Shown: positions 46,009 through 54,889 of the stretch, piece by piece
How the letters are laid out: the number at the start of each line of letters is the position of its first letter
Position numbering within the stretch: position 1 is the stretch's first letter
Source of the DNA: Squalus acanthias
Taxonomy: Eukaryota
Direction: 5' to 3'
DNA: 64,000 nt
Assembly (NCBI GenBank): GCA_030390025.1
Contig: JASTWF010000033.1
Coordinates: 6,326,001 to 6,390,000, forward strand
Program-made: the position numbers and the translations under genes
Notes under the pieces: model-generated
The model's input: the letters and a program-made list of their open reading frames with translations, nothing else
What the model was told of the DNA's origin: nothing
Database searches by the model: none

Positions 46009-48360
46009 TTACACTGCGCTCTCATCGTGCACGCGCACGTAACGTTCTCGCCACTCTCCCGTGTTCTCATGCTTGGTGAGGCGCTTGTCTCTTTTACAAT
46101 GTATGAACAATAGGTATACTACAATAAACACTTGACAGACGACTAAAATGTGGGAGGCTATTCTGACCCATGAGGGCACTTCAATATTCGTGAACAGATT
46201 CCACCACGGTGGAACCACTATGTCCAAAATGTCTGTACCTATCTCGACAGTTTTCTGCTCTAAGGTATAAAAATGCTTTTGTGACACCGCGATGGCTTTT
46301 AGAAGTTTGGTTAAATGCTCGGGGAGAGGGGGAATGAGGTACCCAAAATGTGCGACAAATCGCTGCAAGTCGGTAAAATTCTCTTTTACTGTGAGATGAA
46401 CAGTGGATGGTTCAGGGATTGGGATAATTCGCTGTTGTGCTACTTGAACTTCAGCCCTGGGTTTAAAACAGAAACTGCTGTCACTCACCGGACACCGGCT
46501 ACGGTTTCCATGCTGGTAGTGTTGCGCTGCAGTGGTAACACAATATGTTCCACCCCCGATGTATGCTACCTGCGGAGGCACATGATCTTGTGCCATTGCC
46601 TCCATGGTGCAATTCATGGACTTGGCGCCAGCCGTTCTGAACCCGCACTGTGGTGTTAAAAAGGCATTCAAGTGCTGGGGGCACAGTATTATGTGTGCTC
46701 CCCTGCCACGACAACCAGAGAGATCTGTACCTGTCATCGTTTGCTCCCAGCGGATGACGTAAGGTGGAACCGCTGCATAACGAATGTGGGCTCCCCCCTG
46801 AATGACACCGATGTTCTCTACCCGATACACCGGGGCGGGCTTTGCTGTGTTGCCCAAAACCGGCATGCGTAATACTATTCCCATAATAGTATGGTTTGAA
46901 CGTCCGCAGTCCACGGGGACTGGGTAAGCTTCTGAAGCTAGCCTGAGCTGGCACGGACTTAATGCATTCTGAAAAGGGTGGAGCGCCCGCAGGTGTTTGT
47001 TACTTATCCAGGACGGGACCAAACCTTGTTTTAAATCCTCCAAATTACTGCGGCCCTCGCCCAGTAACCACGCCCCGTAAAGCACGCACACCTCGTTCTG
47101 CGCAGCTTGATCGGATGCATTCCGATCTTCCCTAATCAGGGCATTTACCGTACGCGCATGTTTCTCCAGCTCTGCTATAATCTCTTTTAAGTGTAGTGTC
47201 ATGGCTTGGTCCTCGTGCAGACCCGACCCTACCACTTTATTCTCATCTGTAAGAATATCCTTTAACTGTGTTTTTAAACCATTAATCTGGGTCTGCAGCT
47301 CCACACTGTCTAGAGCGTTGACCACAGATGTCCCTGTGTTAAAAGCAGTGAACGCATCGTTCACCAAACCCCTTCTTTGCCTCCCTACTTGGTCCAAAAC
47401 TTCCTGCGGTGCGGTGTACAAACTTGTCTTATCAATTTCTGCAAAATCAAACTCGTAAAATTGCCTGAACATCTTGGTCAACAGGATCTGGTACAACTGT
47501 TCCGTCTTTTTGGGGCACCACTCTGGTAACCGTACCTCAGTGAGATTTAAAATCACCGAGGCCACCGCGTAATGTACCCCCTGAAATAGTATCTGGTCTG
47601 TGGGGACCAGTACCAAACCGTTCCCGGGTCCCTTACTAGTTTTAGGGCACCCTTCTTCCTCAGTTACAACCACCGGAATCGTGGGCGGGGCTTTGCGTGG
47701 GCGCGTAATGAGCTCAGTGGCATTTACTGGGATCGGAGAGTATGGGGCTCCGCACCCCCGGGTGCTCGCATCCCACCTCATCCCCTGTCCGTTATCCTGC
47801 CACTGGTTAATAAAGAATATGGAGATGCCTTTGGGGCAAACGTACTTTGACCCCCACATACAAACATAAATCCCCTCATCTGGTTCCCACCATTTGTCCC
47901 AACAGACTTTCACTTGTCCATCTGTCCCCGTAATTGTCCGATGGGTATTATTACCCAGTCGCTCCCACTCAACCGAAGAGTTCCTCATAGTTTTGCTCAG
48001 CTTTCGCAGCCACCACCATCGGCTCAATGGGACATTCCCACTGCAGGTCAAACAAATCCGTTTGCCGACGGTGACGCTGATCCTGGGTGCGATGATCCGT
48101 ACTTTGGGGCACATTAAAGAAGTCTCTTTGTAGGCGAACCCCGATGTGCTGGAATACTCCGTTGAGTTCGTTCCCAGCCATCCTGGCCACCTTCCCTTGT
48201 GGAAATAGGTGCTGGTCCCTTCTGCCTTCCGTCTTCCGGTCCCATCCACCGCGATGGGGGCCGTGTCCCCGGAACATCCAAACACCACGACATCCTTGGT
48301 GTGGCCTCGATAGGCCAATCCACATCCGATTGCCACGAGCAAAACTAGAAGTCGTTCCAT
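46009..48360 (-). CDS. env: Envelope glycoprotein, 783 aa: signal peptide, Ig-like domain, furin site, F-protein-like class I fusogen, TM anchor
   Basis: MERLLVLLVAIGCGLA signal; CLTC...W...DEGIYVC; RQRR|GLVNDAFTAFNTGTSVVNAL at aa 327-350; heptads; Cys-rich region; TM IASHILVVCQVFIVVYLLFI; several N-x-S/T sites; Kozak AGGATGG. Confidence 0.9.
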   Translation of the reverse strand: MERLLVLLVAIGCGLAYRGHTKDVVVFGCSGDTAPIAVDGTGRRKAEGTSTYFHKGRWPGWLGTNSTEYSSTSGFAYKETSLMCPKVRIIAPRISVTVGKRICLTCSGNVPLSRWWWLRKLSKTMRNSSVEWERLGNNTHRTITGTDGQVKVCWDKWWEPDEGIYVCMWGSKYVCPKGISIFFINQWQDNGQGMRWDASTRGCGAPYSPIPVNATELITRPRKAPPTIPVVVTEEEGCPKTSKGPGNGLVLVPTDQILFQGVHYAVASVILNLTEVRLPEWCPKKTEQLYQILLTKMFRQFYEFDFAEIDKTSLYTAPQEVLDQVGRQRRGLVNDAFTAFNTGTSVVNALDSVELQTQINGLKTQLKDILTDENKVVGSGLHEDQAMTLHLKEIIAELEKHARTVNALIREDRNASDQAAQNEVCVLYGAWLLGEGRSNLEDLKQGLVPSWISNKHLRALHPFQNALSPCQLRLASEAYPVPVDCGRSNHTIMGIVLRMPVLGNTAKPAPVYRVENIGVIQGGAHIRYAAVPPYVIRWEQTMTGTDLSGCRGRGAHIILCPQHLNAFLTPQCGFRTAGAKSMNCTMEAMAQDHVPPQVAYIGGGTYCVTTAAQHYQHGNRSRCPVSDSSFCFKPRAEVQVAQQRIIPIPEPSTVHLTVKENFTDLQRFVAHFGYLIPPLPEHLTKLLKAIAVSQKHFYTLEQKTVEIGTDILDIVVPPWWNLFTNIEVPSWVRIASHILVVCQVFIVVYLLFIHCKRDKRLTKHENTGEWRERYVRVHDESAV

Positions 48361-48372
48361 CCTTCCTTGGTT

Positions 48373-48395
48373 CCTGTGATCAGATAGAATGAGGT
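48373..48395 (-). promoter_or_regulatory. Candidate env splice acceptor
   Basis: Minus strand CTCATTCTATCTGATCACAG|G lies 13 nt upstream of the env ATG. Confidence 0.6.
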
Positions 48396-48667
48396 AGCCA
48401 GCCTCGCAAAAAGTCTCTGGCTTTTGTGAAGGGTGAGCGGGTCCCCTGACCTCGCCTCACGTAAACTTCAACGTTCGCTAAATAGACTTCCTCTAAACCT
48501 AGCCTTAAAACTCCCATCATTTTATCGTTATCTGTTAAAAACACTACAAACTTAACCTTATTAAAACTACTTAAAACTTGAACTAAAACTTAAAACTTAA
48601 CCTTGCACTATAAACTTAAACTTAAAACTAATACTTTACAGTGCCGCCCGTTCTCAGGGCGGCCCCT

Positions 48668-49789
48668 TTAAATTCTGAGAAGGCTGCTGCGAGCTCTTCC
48701 CGACGGTGGGAGGGCACTGACCCTTCCCTCTGATCTGCCGCAGCCTGTTACTGCTTCGATGTGGCCTGTCTCTACCCGGGTTATCTTAACCTGAAACTTA
48801 CGCCCTGGGGCAGCCTGTGGACCTGACCACATCTTCCTGGGCTGGGGTACTCTGCTTGACCTACGGGGAATTGCTATGGGCGGGGGCTCCGTGACGGACG
48901 GACCGGGTCCCGAGACCTTCAACGGGATGACCTGGGGTTCCATCACAGGCGCCAGCCCCGCCTCCGCTGACTCCGCCTCCCTAACCTCGGGGCTGGCAGT
49001 TCGGGGCCCCGCCCTGCTCGGCGCAGCAGGCGGCCCTTCACTCGCGAACTCTGCCTCCCCTGAGGACTGGACGTTCAAAGCGGGCGGCCACACCTCTGGG
49101 AACCACATAGCGGCTGGCCCGGCCTCCTCTAGCTCCTTCCTCCTGCTGTCGGGACCTGCAGCTTGTGTGTCCACCCCATATGGATCTCTACCTAGCGGCC
49201 CCAATCCTTCCAGACCGTTCCTCTGAAACCACCCGTCATCATCACTATGCTCATCTGCACTATCCTCATCTGACCAGGGTACCCTGGGGTCCTCGTCATC
49301 TAACCCCCAACTCCGGAAAAACGCTGCATGATCGTCCGGGATGTCCCTTCCCCTGATGCAAGCTGCTACGCCTGCCGGTGTGCCTTGTGGTCCTACCTGG
49401 GGCTGTGTTTTCCCACTCGCAGGTCTGGCCCCTCCCTTAAGACAGGCCACCGCCCCTGCTTGTTTCTGTGAAATCTCACCTGCTGGAGGCTGCAGATTTC
49501 TATCCTGTTTTAAATACTCATACTCCCTGCTTTTGGCTACCCTGTAGGCTGCTTTTATCTCTCTAAGCTGCCCTTCTAGCCTGAGCACGTCTAACTTTCC
49601 CATTGATCGGGCGTTCTCCTCCCGCAGGGTCTGCTCTCTAAGCTGCCCTTCCAGCCTATCTATTCTCCCTATTAAGCGGGCGTTCTCCTCCCGCAAGGCC
49701 TGCTCTTTTAACCTGGCCTCCTCACCGCAGACCCCCTCCTGTGCGTGTCTTTTAAAAGGACACAGGTAGGCAGGCTGCGTGGGCTCTAG
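48668..49789 (-). CDS. ORF2 of unknown function, in frame with gag after a single UGA (candidate readthrough extension, 373 aa)
   Basis: CAA TGA CTA GAG CCC...; frame is open from 49789 to 48668; duplicated coiled-coil LREENAR..RLEGQLRE, acidic patch, Pro/Ala-rich tail; no pol motifs. Confidence 0.6.
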   Translation of the reverse strand, partial: LEPTQPAYLCPFKRHAQEGVCGEEARLKEQALREENARLIGRIDRLEGQLREQTLREENARSMGKLDVLRLEGQLREIKAAYRVAKSREYEYLKQDRNLQPPAGEISQKQAGAVACLKGGARPASGKTQPQVGPQGTPAGVAACIRGRDIPDDHAAFFRSWGLDDEDPRVPWSDEDSADEHSDDDGWFQRNGLEGLGPLGRDPYGVDTQAAGPDSRRKELEEAGPAAMWFPEVWPPALNVQSSGEAEFASEGPPAAPSRAGPRTASPEVREAESAEAGLAPVMEPQVIPLKVSGPGPSVTEPPPIAIPRRSSRVPQPRKMWSGPQAAPGRKFQVKITRVETGHIEAVTGCGRSEGRVSALPPSGRARSSLLRI

Positions 49790-51600
49790 TCATTGGGTAC
49801 TATTAGACGGTCCTGCGGCACCTACGGGGCCGGTTGCGACCGCCACCTGTCCACGCGCATTCAAAACCATCTTGCGCATGACTCCTAACACTGCTTCGAG
49901 GTCTTCGGGAGAGGTGGGTGCCTTTGCTTCCTTAGGCGGGACAGGCGCCTGGGTTCGGACCGCGGGATTTTTATCCTTGGAATCCTTCCAAGGGTTCCTG
50001 CAGTGCTTGCGCCAGTGCCCTGTCTTCCCACACCCGTAACAGGCATTACTTGCCTGTGGGGCGCGATTACCCTCCTGATGCCACTCTCTTTGAGCCGGGG
50101 CTGCGGGTCGTACCTCATGTACTCTTCCCTTAAAGGGACGTGTTGCCATACCCCTTATGTTACGGTAACCTAACGTGAGTCGATTCAAGACCGACTCTTC
50201 CGTAAGGTTGAGGTCATTGGGATCGAACCAGGCTTTTGCCTGCTCTCTAACGGCTGGTAAACTGTTGGCTATTATGCACCTAAGCCAATGAATTAAAGCG
50301 GCGCCTTCCACATCTTCGCGTTCGGGCGCACCTAGACAGCTGCGCTCATATACTGGCCACAGCCTGTCGGCAAAAACCTTCGGGGTTCTCCCTCCATCTG
50401 CACTGTCTGTCCCACTCTAGCAAACGGACCTCCGTCGTTCGCTCCCACTACTTCTAGGACCTCATTTTTCAATTCCTCATAACTTTTGTTTCCCCTCTTG
50501 CTCTCACCTGAGAGGCACTGAAGGACCGAGCTGTCTAATGAGAACAGCAGCATTTTTGCTGTCTCCCCATCATCGCAGCCGTTAATGGCTGCGGCTTGCT
50601 CAACTTCCCTGAAATGTACGGAAGGGTCGTCTATCTCGGTCAGCTTCCTTACGTGGTTTATCATGGCCCTCAGCTGATGTGAACTGTGAGGCAACACCAG
50701 CTGTCCGAGGAGATCCCCCGGTTCTTCCCCACCGTTTCTGCTTGGGCCCCTTTTAATCCCCGTTACTGGATACAACGATCCCTTTTCTACTTCCTTTTCA
50801 ACGGGCTTTTTTGTTTCTTCCGTTGCTTCCTCCCTAACCCAGGTTTCTGAATAGCTGGGTGGCGCGGAGGGCGCAGTGGCTACTACTTCTTCTGCTTTAC
50901 TTGGTGGGGAATTTCTAAATCTCTCATTTACTAGCGGCTGGCGTGCCGACGGATTAATAAGGCACACCATGCCGTTCGCATTATTCACGGCCTTTTTGAG
51001 GCTCTCTATCTCTTTTTCGCAGGCGCTATGGTCGGCTCCCTGAAACTTATCCTCAAGGGCCAACTTATACGCCGACCTAACCCCCATTAAGCTCTCTTCT
51101 TGAGTTCTTATCTGGGCAGCTTGACGGTTACATCTTTCCTTCATCCTACTCTCGTTTAATTTTGCTTCAGTGATCTGGCACTCGAGATACTCTACCCTTG
51201 TTTTAAGGTAGCTGGAGACTTCCTGGCTTTCCTGGCGTAACTCATTTAAACTCTTAATGAGCGCCTCCCCTCCAGAAACCTTCTCCTCCATTTCCTCCTC
51301 TAACTGCTTGATTCGAGCGGTTAGCGCTGTATTGGTCTGGTTTGAAATCTGAACCTGCCTTTTGTAGCACATAAGCCAGACTGCTTTCTCAACTGCCTTT
51401 TTATGCTCCTTACTATCCGTCCACCTTTCAGCTGCCTCTAGTGGGCTCTTATCCGCTAACAATTCGCTTATCCACCTTTTCGTTAGATTAACCTTCCCAA
51501 ATACGTAATCCGCTATCTTTTCCTGCATCACATTTCGTACAGTCATTCCAAAATCTAACACACTACCCTCTCGCTGCCAATGTCCTGTCGCGGTCGCCAT
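49790..51600 (-). CDS. gag: Gag (coiled coil, capsid with MHR-like motif, CCHC knuckle); one frameshift near 50385
   Basis: ORFs 50332..51600 and 49790..50311 join as QMEGE.PKVFADRL (MHR-like); CYGCGKTGHWRKHC at 50000-50041. Confidence 0.88.
51582..51599 (-). promoter_or_regulatory. Primer binding site, tRNA-Arg(UCG)-like
   Basis: TGGCGACCGCGACAGGAC, 5 nt after the 5' LTR; 17/18 complementary to the vertebrate tRNA-Arg(UCG) 3' end GUCCUGCCGCGGUCGCCA as I recall it. Confidence 0.85.
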
Positions 51601-51604
51601 TTTC

Positions 51605-53255
51605 TGTAAGGGATACTCTCCTGACCCTGCGTGTCTCGTGGCCTGTGAGGTTCACGCGGCTCTGTGCAGCCTGTATGTCAGTGCGGGTCTAGGCCTGGTC
51701 TCCAGCCAGTCTGGGAACACTAGACACCCCTGTGAGTGGTTCGAATCACTCTCCCTTACGGTTCTAGACACTGGACTTAGATGCGAGAGCAGTAATGGAG
51801 ATAAAACTCATGTAGACTTGGTTTGAACGGTACGAAATGGAAAATCTTTATTGCATGATACTTAAAATTATGAAATACATGTCATATGCACAGATTAATG
51901 ACAGTACAATCTTACAAACAGTTATAATCACTCTTAGGGAAACGAGGAACGACCAGCACAACGTAAATAGGGCACACATTACAAATATCCTTAATCTTTA
52001 AACCCTCCCCTATCAATAACTATCCTAAAACTAGCTTCGTAGGATCCCGAGACTCATGCTCACCACTCGTAATAACTCGGAGAAATCCCGAATAGCTGAT
52101 CGGATGTTTTCCACCGCAGCACCCACGTGTTGGTCAGGAGATCTCCTGGTCCCACTTGTTTACTGCTTCTGCTGCTCGGTCAGTCGGCTGGACCGTCCGC
52201 TGTAGTGAAGACCTCTGTTGGTGGACTTTACAGTTTAGTCGAGGAGCACCGTTGTCAATATCACTGATACGATGTGTTTGCACAGTCCAGTTATCGTCGA
52301 TGCAATATGTCTTGTTAAAGAAGAAAACTTCCTGTCGAGAAGACTTGGCTGATCGACCTACAGGCGCGGTCGGGATTTACTGACCGTGGCGATGGATAAG
52401 GTCTTCTTCTCTTCTCCTCTCATCTCATCTCATCTCATCTCATCTCATCCCGGGCCTTCGGTTCCGCTGCCAGCTACCAACATAGGTCTTTGCAACAGTC
52501 TTTTACCCAGGAGCAGCCACGAGGTTACGAATCGACCGGATAAAACACAGGAGCAGCCACGATGATAACAGCAGCAAGTCAAGAACACGAGGCAAGAGCA
52601 AGAGCAAGAGGCCAGAGCAAGAATCAAGAGAGCGAATGGACGGTTTGGGCCTGCAATTATAGTGCACAGTTCTTCCGTTTCCCGCCCAACTACAATGTCC
52701 ATTCTTTTGTTTAAGGTTTGGCGCCCAAAAATGTCCTGTATGGGTGATCTCTGTCCTTAATGGGTTTCGGGGCTACTCCTGAATGTTTGAGTACCTGTTA
52801 ATATTTCTCCCATTGTTAAATCGGTCGGTGTTCCCCCCTGGAGGGGTTTGGGGCTTCCAAGTGTCCTGTATAACTACCTGCTAACGGCTCTCTCATCGTA
52901 GAGCCGTTGGGAGTTTACATATTAATGTCCTTTGGATGGGCCCTTGATGGCTTTCCTTTGTACCTGGGAGACCGATCCCAGTATCGATGTTTATACTGTA
53001 AACCCATAATGTCCTGTGTATTGTCTTCACTGTGCTGAATCGTTATCGATCCTGCAAAAGAATGTTTATTGGAACGCCATCTTGTCTGCCTGCCGAAAAG
53101 TCTCGAATGTTCTGTCACGCGGTGCGGCGGCCATTTTACAGGCTGCTTGTGTCCAATTTAAACCTGACAGCATTCCGCTGAAATAAAAGCTGTTTTGAAC
53201 GAAACTTGTGTTTTCTCCTTATTAAAATGAAATCGCGATAATTGCGAATTCTACA
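51605..53255 (-). repeat. 5' LTR
   Basis: Direct repeat of 43934..45584; one substitution noticed (A45159 vs G52830). Confidence 0.97.
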
Positions 53256-53505
53256 AAACAGCAATGTGACAATGATCAGATCATCTGTTTTTCTTATGTT
53301 GTTTGAGCGATAAATATTGGCCCAGGACACCGGGGGTAAATCCCCTGGACGTCTTTTAAATAATACCATGGAATCTTTTACATCCCCCTGAGAGAGCAGA
53401 CTGCGCCGCGGTTTAACGTCTCATTCAAAAGACGGCACCTCCGACACTGCAGCGCTCCCACAGTACTTCACTGGAGTGTTTGCCTAGATGTGTGTGTTCA
53501 AGCCA
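53256..53505 (-). mobile_element. DeuSINE 5' part (continuation of 43790-43933)
   Basis: ATAAATATTGGC..CAGGACACCGGGG...CGGTTTAACGTCTCAT...AAAGACGGCACCTCCGACA.TGCAGC.CTCCC.CAGTACT.CACTGGAGTGT. Confidence 0.8.
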
Positions 53506-53828
53506 ACAATTAAATGTAGCCTCACACGGTAAAGCGACGTGTTACCGTTCAATATATGGATCATAGAATGAAGTTCCATTTGTTTCTTTAAATCCCATAA
53601 GATTAAATTTATTTCCAAAGAGTTGGAAACAGGAATATGATCCATCTAATTTTTGTTATCAATTTCCGTGAAATAAATACTCGTAAAAGTATTGGAGTGG
53701 GAACTCAGTGGATAACAGCACCCCTGGCAATGTTTGTGGAATATTTTCTTGCAGCCAAAGCGCACATAAACAACCTGGAAGTGTGTGGGACTGAATCCGC
53801 AGGGGAAAAAAAAAACAGTTACAGACTT

Positions 53829-53902
53829 CGTCCCTGGGTGGAGTCGAACCACCAAACTTTCGAGTTAACAGCCGAACGCGTTAAACAACTGCGCTACAGA
53901 AA
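53829..53902 (-). pseudogene. tRNA-Asn(GUU) pseudogene
   Basis: Minus ...CTGTAGCGCAGTTGTTTAACGCGTTCGGCTGTTAACTCGAAAGTTTGGTGGTTCGACTCCACCCAGGGACG; 5' acceptor strand and D-loop mutated. Confidence 0.85.
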
Positions 53903-54299
53903 AAGATGCAAACCCCTTTTGCAACGCATCCTAAATCAGATTGCTTCGATCAGGATGGAACTTGTCCACTATCAGTTTTACTTTTCCTAAATAAAGTGTG
54001 GGACATTGATTGTGGATACCTGGCAGCAGTCTGGTCCCGCTCACTGCTGACACATCCATTTCACCGTCAACCAGCTTTCCCGCAACTGGCGCGGTCTCCC
54101 TTCGAGCCTTTCGGTGCCTTGTCTGTGACGAAGTATTCTGATTGTCCAGATGCCGGTATTAGGTTTTAATTCCTGATCTGCAGTAAAGAGAATCTTTTAA
54201 ATTGCTCTGATAAGTTAACTTCCCCGCTAACATCAGAGTAAATGTTCCAGTATCTTAAACCAGGGAAAGGTGCATTGACCGATTCTGGTCAGTCAGGCA

Positions 54300-54642
54300 A
54301 TTCATCATTAAATAAAAATAAATTTAAAACAGAAATAGACAGTTTCCTAGAAGTAAAGGGCATTAAGGGTTACGGGGAGCGGGCAGGAATTTGGACATGA
54401 GTCTAGGTTCGGATCGGTCATGGCCCTGTGGGTAGTGGAGCGGGCCCAGGGACCGTGTAGCCTGATCCTGCTCCTATTTCGTGTGTGCAATTCTGTTAGA
54501 TGCAGGAGATGGTTCTGTGATAGATAGTAGATTGGCGGTTAGGATCAGATCAGCCATGATCTTATTGAATGGCGGAGCAGGCTCGAGGGGCCGATTGGCC
54601 TACTCCTGCTCCTATTTCTTATGTTCTTATGTTCTTATGTTC
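54300..54642 (+). mobile_element. CR1 3' end with duplicated tail module
   Basis: Same family as 15287-15394 + 17062-17290; ends (TTCTTATG)n. Confidence 0.85.
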
Positions 54643-54741
54643 ATCCCTTCATTCTCCTCTCATTCCGTTTCCGAAAGCGTTTCCAAAGATTCACAAAACT
54701 GCTAACTGTGTTTCGTTTTTTGGTTCATTCTGATTTCCTGC

Positions 54742-54822
54742 TTCAGGCTGGTGGAGCGGTCTAAGGCGCTGGCTGTAGATTAAAGATTGCTCTGGCCGTG
54801 GGTTAGAATTTCACTTCTCACA
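54742..54822 (+). pseudogene. Degenerate tRNA-Leu-like pseudogene
   Basis: TCAGG.TGG..GAGCGGTCTAAGGCGCTG...CGTGGGTT.GAAT..CACTTCT.ACA. Confidence 0.7.
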
Positions 54823-54889
54823 CACGGTTCTTTTCACTTTTAGTGAAATTATATCTTGTGGAATTAGCTAGAACTTCTTTTTCAGTCCA

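Larger units (their letters stand above)
43934..53255 (-). mobile_element. Recent pol-less, env-bearing LTR element / endogenous retrovirus-like provirus (9,322 bp)
   Basis: Two 1,651-bp LTRs offset by 7,671 bp, TGTA...TACA ends, AAAC TSD (43930-33 and 53256-59), PBS, PPT, gag, ORF2, env; no PR/RT/RH/IN motifs seen. Confidence 0.96.

Noticed and set aside
43930..53259. Pol III- or sequence-targeted integration of the LTR family
   Set aside because: Only two sites, with different TSDs (AAAC, AATC) and different host repeats; insufficient evidence.
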